A DNA stretch of 39,200 nucleotides, from positions 1-39,200 of the forward strand of contig CAXTTH010000001.1 of assembly GCA_964247035.1 (NCBI GenBank), in the 5' to 3' direction. The notes beneath the pieces are model-generated. The model did not search any database, was not told the origin of the DNA, and worked only from the letters and a program-made list of their open reading frames with translations. Within the stretch, counting starts at the first letter, position 1. Every line of letters begins with the position of its first letter. Shown one piece after another: positions 37,636-39,200 of the stretch. The DNA is from an uncultured Acetobacteraceae bacterium (GTDB lineage Bacteria > Pseudomonadota > Alphaproteobacteria > Acetobacterales > Acetobacteraceae). The position numbers and the translations under genes were made by a program.

Positions 37636-39042
37636 TCAGTTCCGTAAATGTTCAACCCTCAGTTCCTGCCACAGCCAGGTGAAGTCGTAGGTTGCCATGG
37701 GATCGGCGCGGCCATCGGCATGACGCGACTGGCGTGATTGGTTTTCGAGGTGCTTGAGCCAGACCGCGAGGGTCTTGCGGCCGCGCGCGCTGCGGGCAGC
37801 CGCCTTTGGCGAGAGGTCGCCCAGCATGGGGACGGGTTCACCGAGGAGAGCGCGATATTGCCGGTCCAGCATGTCGTGCACGAGCCCGGCCTCCACGTCA
37901 GCCGGAAGCGGCGTGTCCGGCTGGTCGTCGCGGCGTGGGGGAGGGAAGGCCCGCATCTGCGCGACGGTCTGGATCTCGGTCAGGGGCTGGCCGACCAGCC
38001 CGCCGAGCGCTGCCGTCACCAGCGTGCTGCCCCGTTCGGCCCGTGCGGCGGAGCTGACGCTGAGAGCAACGATGCGGCCCTTGATCTCGACATTGCCGAG
38101 GACAACGGCGCCGTCATCCATCGACACGTCCCACACGAGCGCCCGCTCGCCTTTGGGCCGGGCGCGCCGTGGTGGCGCCTTGCCGATCCAGTTCCAGAAG
38201 GTGGGGTTCTCCTGCCGGAATTGCTGGACAGCCGTGAGGCGGCGTTCGATCTCGTTGGCCACGGCGTCCGGCGTCAGTGGGAAGTTGACGGTGTGGAAGA
38301 CCACCTCGTCGCCGTCGCTGTTGAACAGGGTGGGCGGCTCGGTCCGCAGCGCTCGCGGCAGCACGTCGGATAGCCAGGCCGTGGTGAACAGCGGCGCGGC
38401 TTGCCGAAGATCGTCGTCCGAGCCACGCCACCCCTCCAACGCCCCGTCGCGTGTCTTACCCCCTCGCCGGTTGCCCCCTTGACTGCCCTGCTCGCGCAGT
38501 TGGGCTAAAAGCTGCTGCGATCCCTCCAGGGTAAAGGCGAGCAGTCCGCCGGCTAGGATCCATGCATCCCGTTGCGGGACGATGCGTGCAGCGACCCGGT
38601 CCCAGAGCTTCAGCGTTTGACTCGCCGAGCGTTCGGTGACGAGGACCGGTTCACCGCCACGGACCAAGTCGCGGGCGCGCAGGGATTGCCCCGGCACGAT
38701 GTCGCTCACTTCGTAGAGGCTCATGACCGAGCTTTGCAGCGCGGCCATGTAGGCGCGGGTGGCGACGCTTTCCTTCCATCCGCGCTGCTTCAGGTAGGCT
38801 TCCACCGGGTTGGCATTGTCGGGGCCGAAGCGCCGGGTCAGAGCATCCTCAAAGGCGCATCCCCAAAGCACCCTGTCCCAGGTGCCGCCCAGCGCTTCCC
38901 CGATCGCCTCGAACGTCAGCCCAAAGGCGTCCATCGCAGGCGTGAAGTGCTCGGCCATCACAGCATCGACATGCGGTCGCCAGTCGTCGCGTGCCAACCA
39001 TTTGATCAGCTCGCTGAGGTCGTGACCGGGACGCGCGCTCAC
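37636..39042 (-). CDS. Hypothetical protein (468 aa), C-terminus MbcA/ParS-like
   Basis: Long ORF with protein-like composition; C-terminal EPVPMLGDLSPKAAARSARGR...WLKHLEN. Confidence 0.75.
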   Translation of the reverse strand: MSARPGHDLSELIKWLARDDWRPHVDAVMAEHFTPAMDAFGLTFEAIGEALGGTWDRVLWGCAFEDALTRRFGPDNANPVEAYLKQRGWKESVATRAYMAALQSSVMSLYEVSDIVPGQSLRARDLVRGGEPVLVTERSASQTLKLWDRVAARIVPQRDAWILAGGLLAFTLEGSQQLLAQLREQGSQGGNRRGGKTRDGALEGWRGSDDDLRQAAPLFTTAWLSDVLPRALRTEPPTLFNSDGDEVVFHTVNFPLTPDAVANEIERRLTAVQQFRQENPTFWNWIGKAPPRRARPKGERALVWDVSMDDGAVVLGNVEIKGRIVALSVSSAARAERGSTLVTAALGGLVGQPLTEIQTVAQMRAFPPPRRDDQPDTPLPADVEAGLVHDMLDRQYRALLGEPVPMLGDLSPKAAARSARGRKTLAVWLKHLENQSRQSRHADGRADPMATYDFTWLWQELRVEHLRN

Positions 39043-39200
39043 CGAGCATGACCCGAGTGGATGCGGACAAGCTTGACGGGTAGAAACATCATGACGAACT
39101 CGAGCAACCGGGACACGGGCGAGTGATTCTAGCCACGGACTAGCTGACCTGACCAGTCCCAGCCTTGAGCAAACCCCGCAGGTTCGGCACCCGGGAGCGG

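Noticed and set aside
39140-39200. Minus-strand gene end at the window edge, and the 13-mer CCTTGAGCAAACC shared with ~202
   Set aside because: Too little sequence to call, and the match is probably coincidental.

Overview
GC-rich segment that looks like an alphaproteobacterial plasmid (Acetobacteraceae-like by inference). From left to right it holds: (1) a truncated Tn3-family transposon (38-bp IR, resolvase, frameshifted and truncated tnpA); (2) a GntR-regulated catabolic and uptake cluster for an unknown substrate (GMC oxidoreductase, HisD/HpsN-like dehydrogenase, CUT2-type sugar ABC transporter, aldehyde dehydrogenase, truncated SDR) with a shared operator; (3) a pile-up of five mobile elements (IS5, IS630, Tn3, IS5/IS427-type, IS256), each cutting the one before it; (4) a plasmid backbone with a DUF1612-like/HTH gene divergent from a Cre-like tyrosine recombinase and a lox-like site, parA plus a DUF3102-like partner preceded by palindromes spaced 55 bp apart, and RepA_C-type repA flanked by iterons; (5) IS110, DUF1173-like and IS3 remnants; (6) an intact Tn3-family transposon whose 38-bp IRs begin GGCC; (7) small accessory genes (SPFH-like, metallophosphoesterase, EthD, TraD-like, hypothetical). 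No rRNA, tRNA or CRISPR array was seen. Family calls come from reading motifs by eye, not from database searches.
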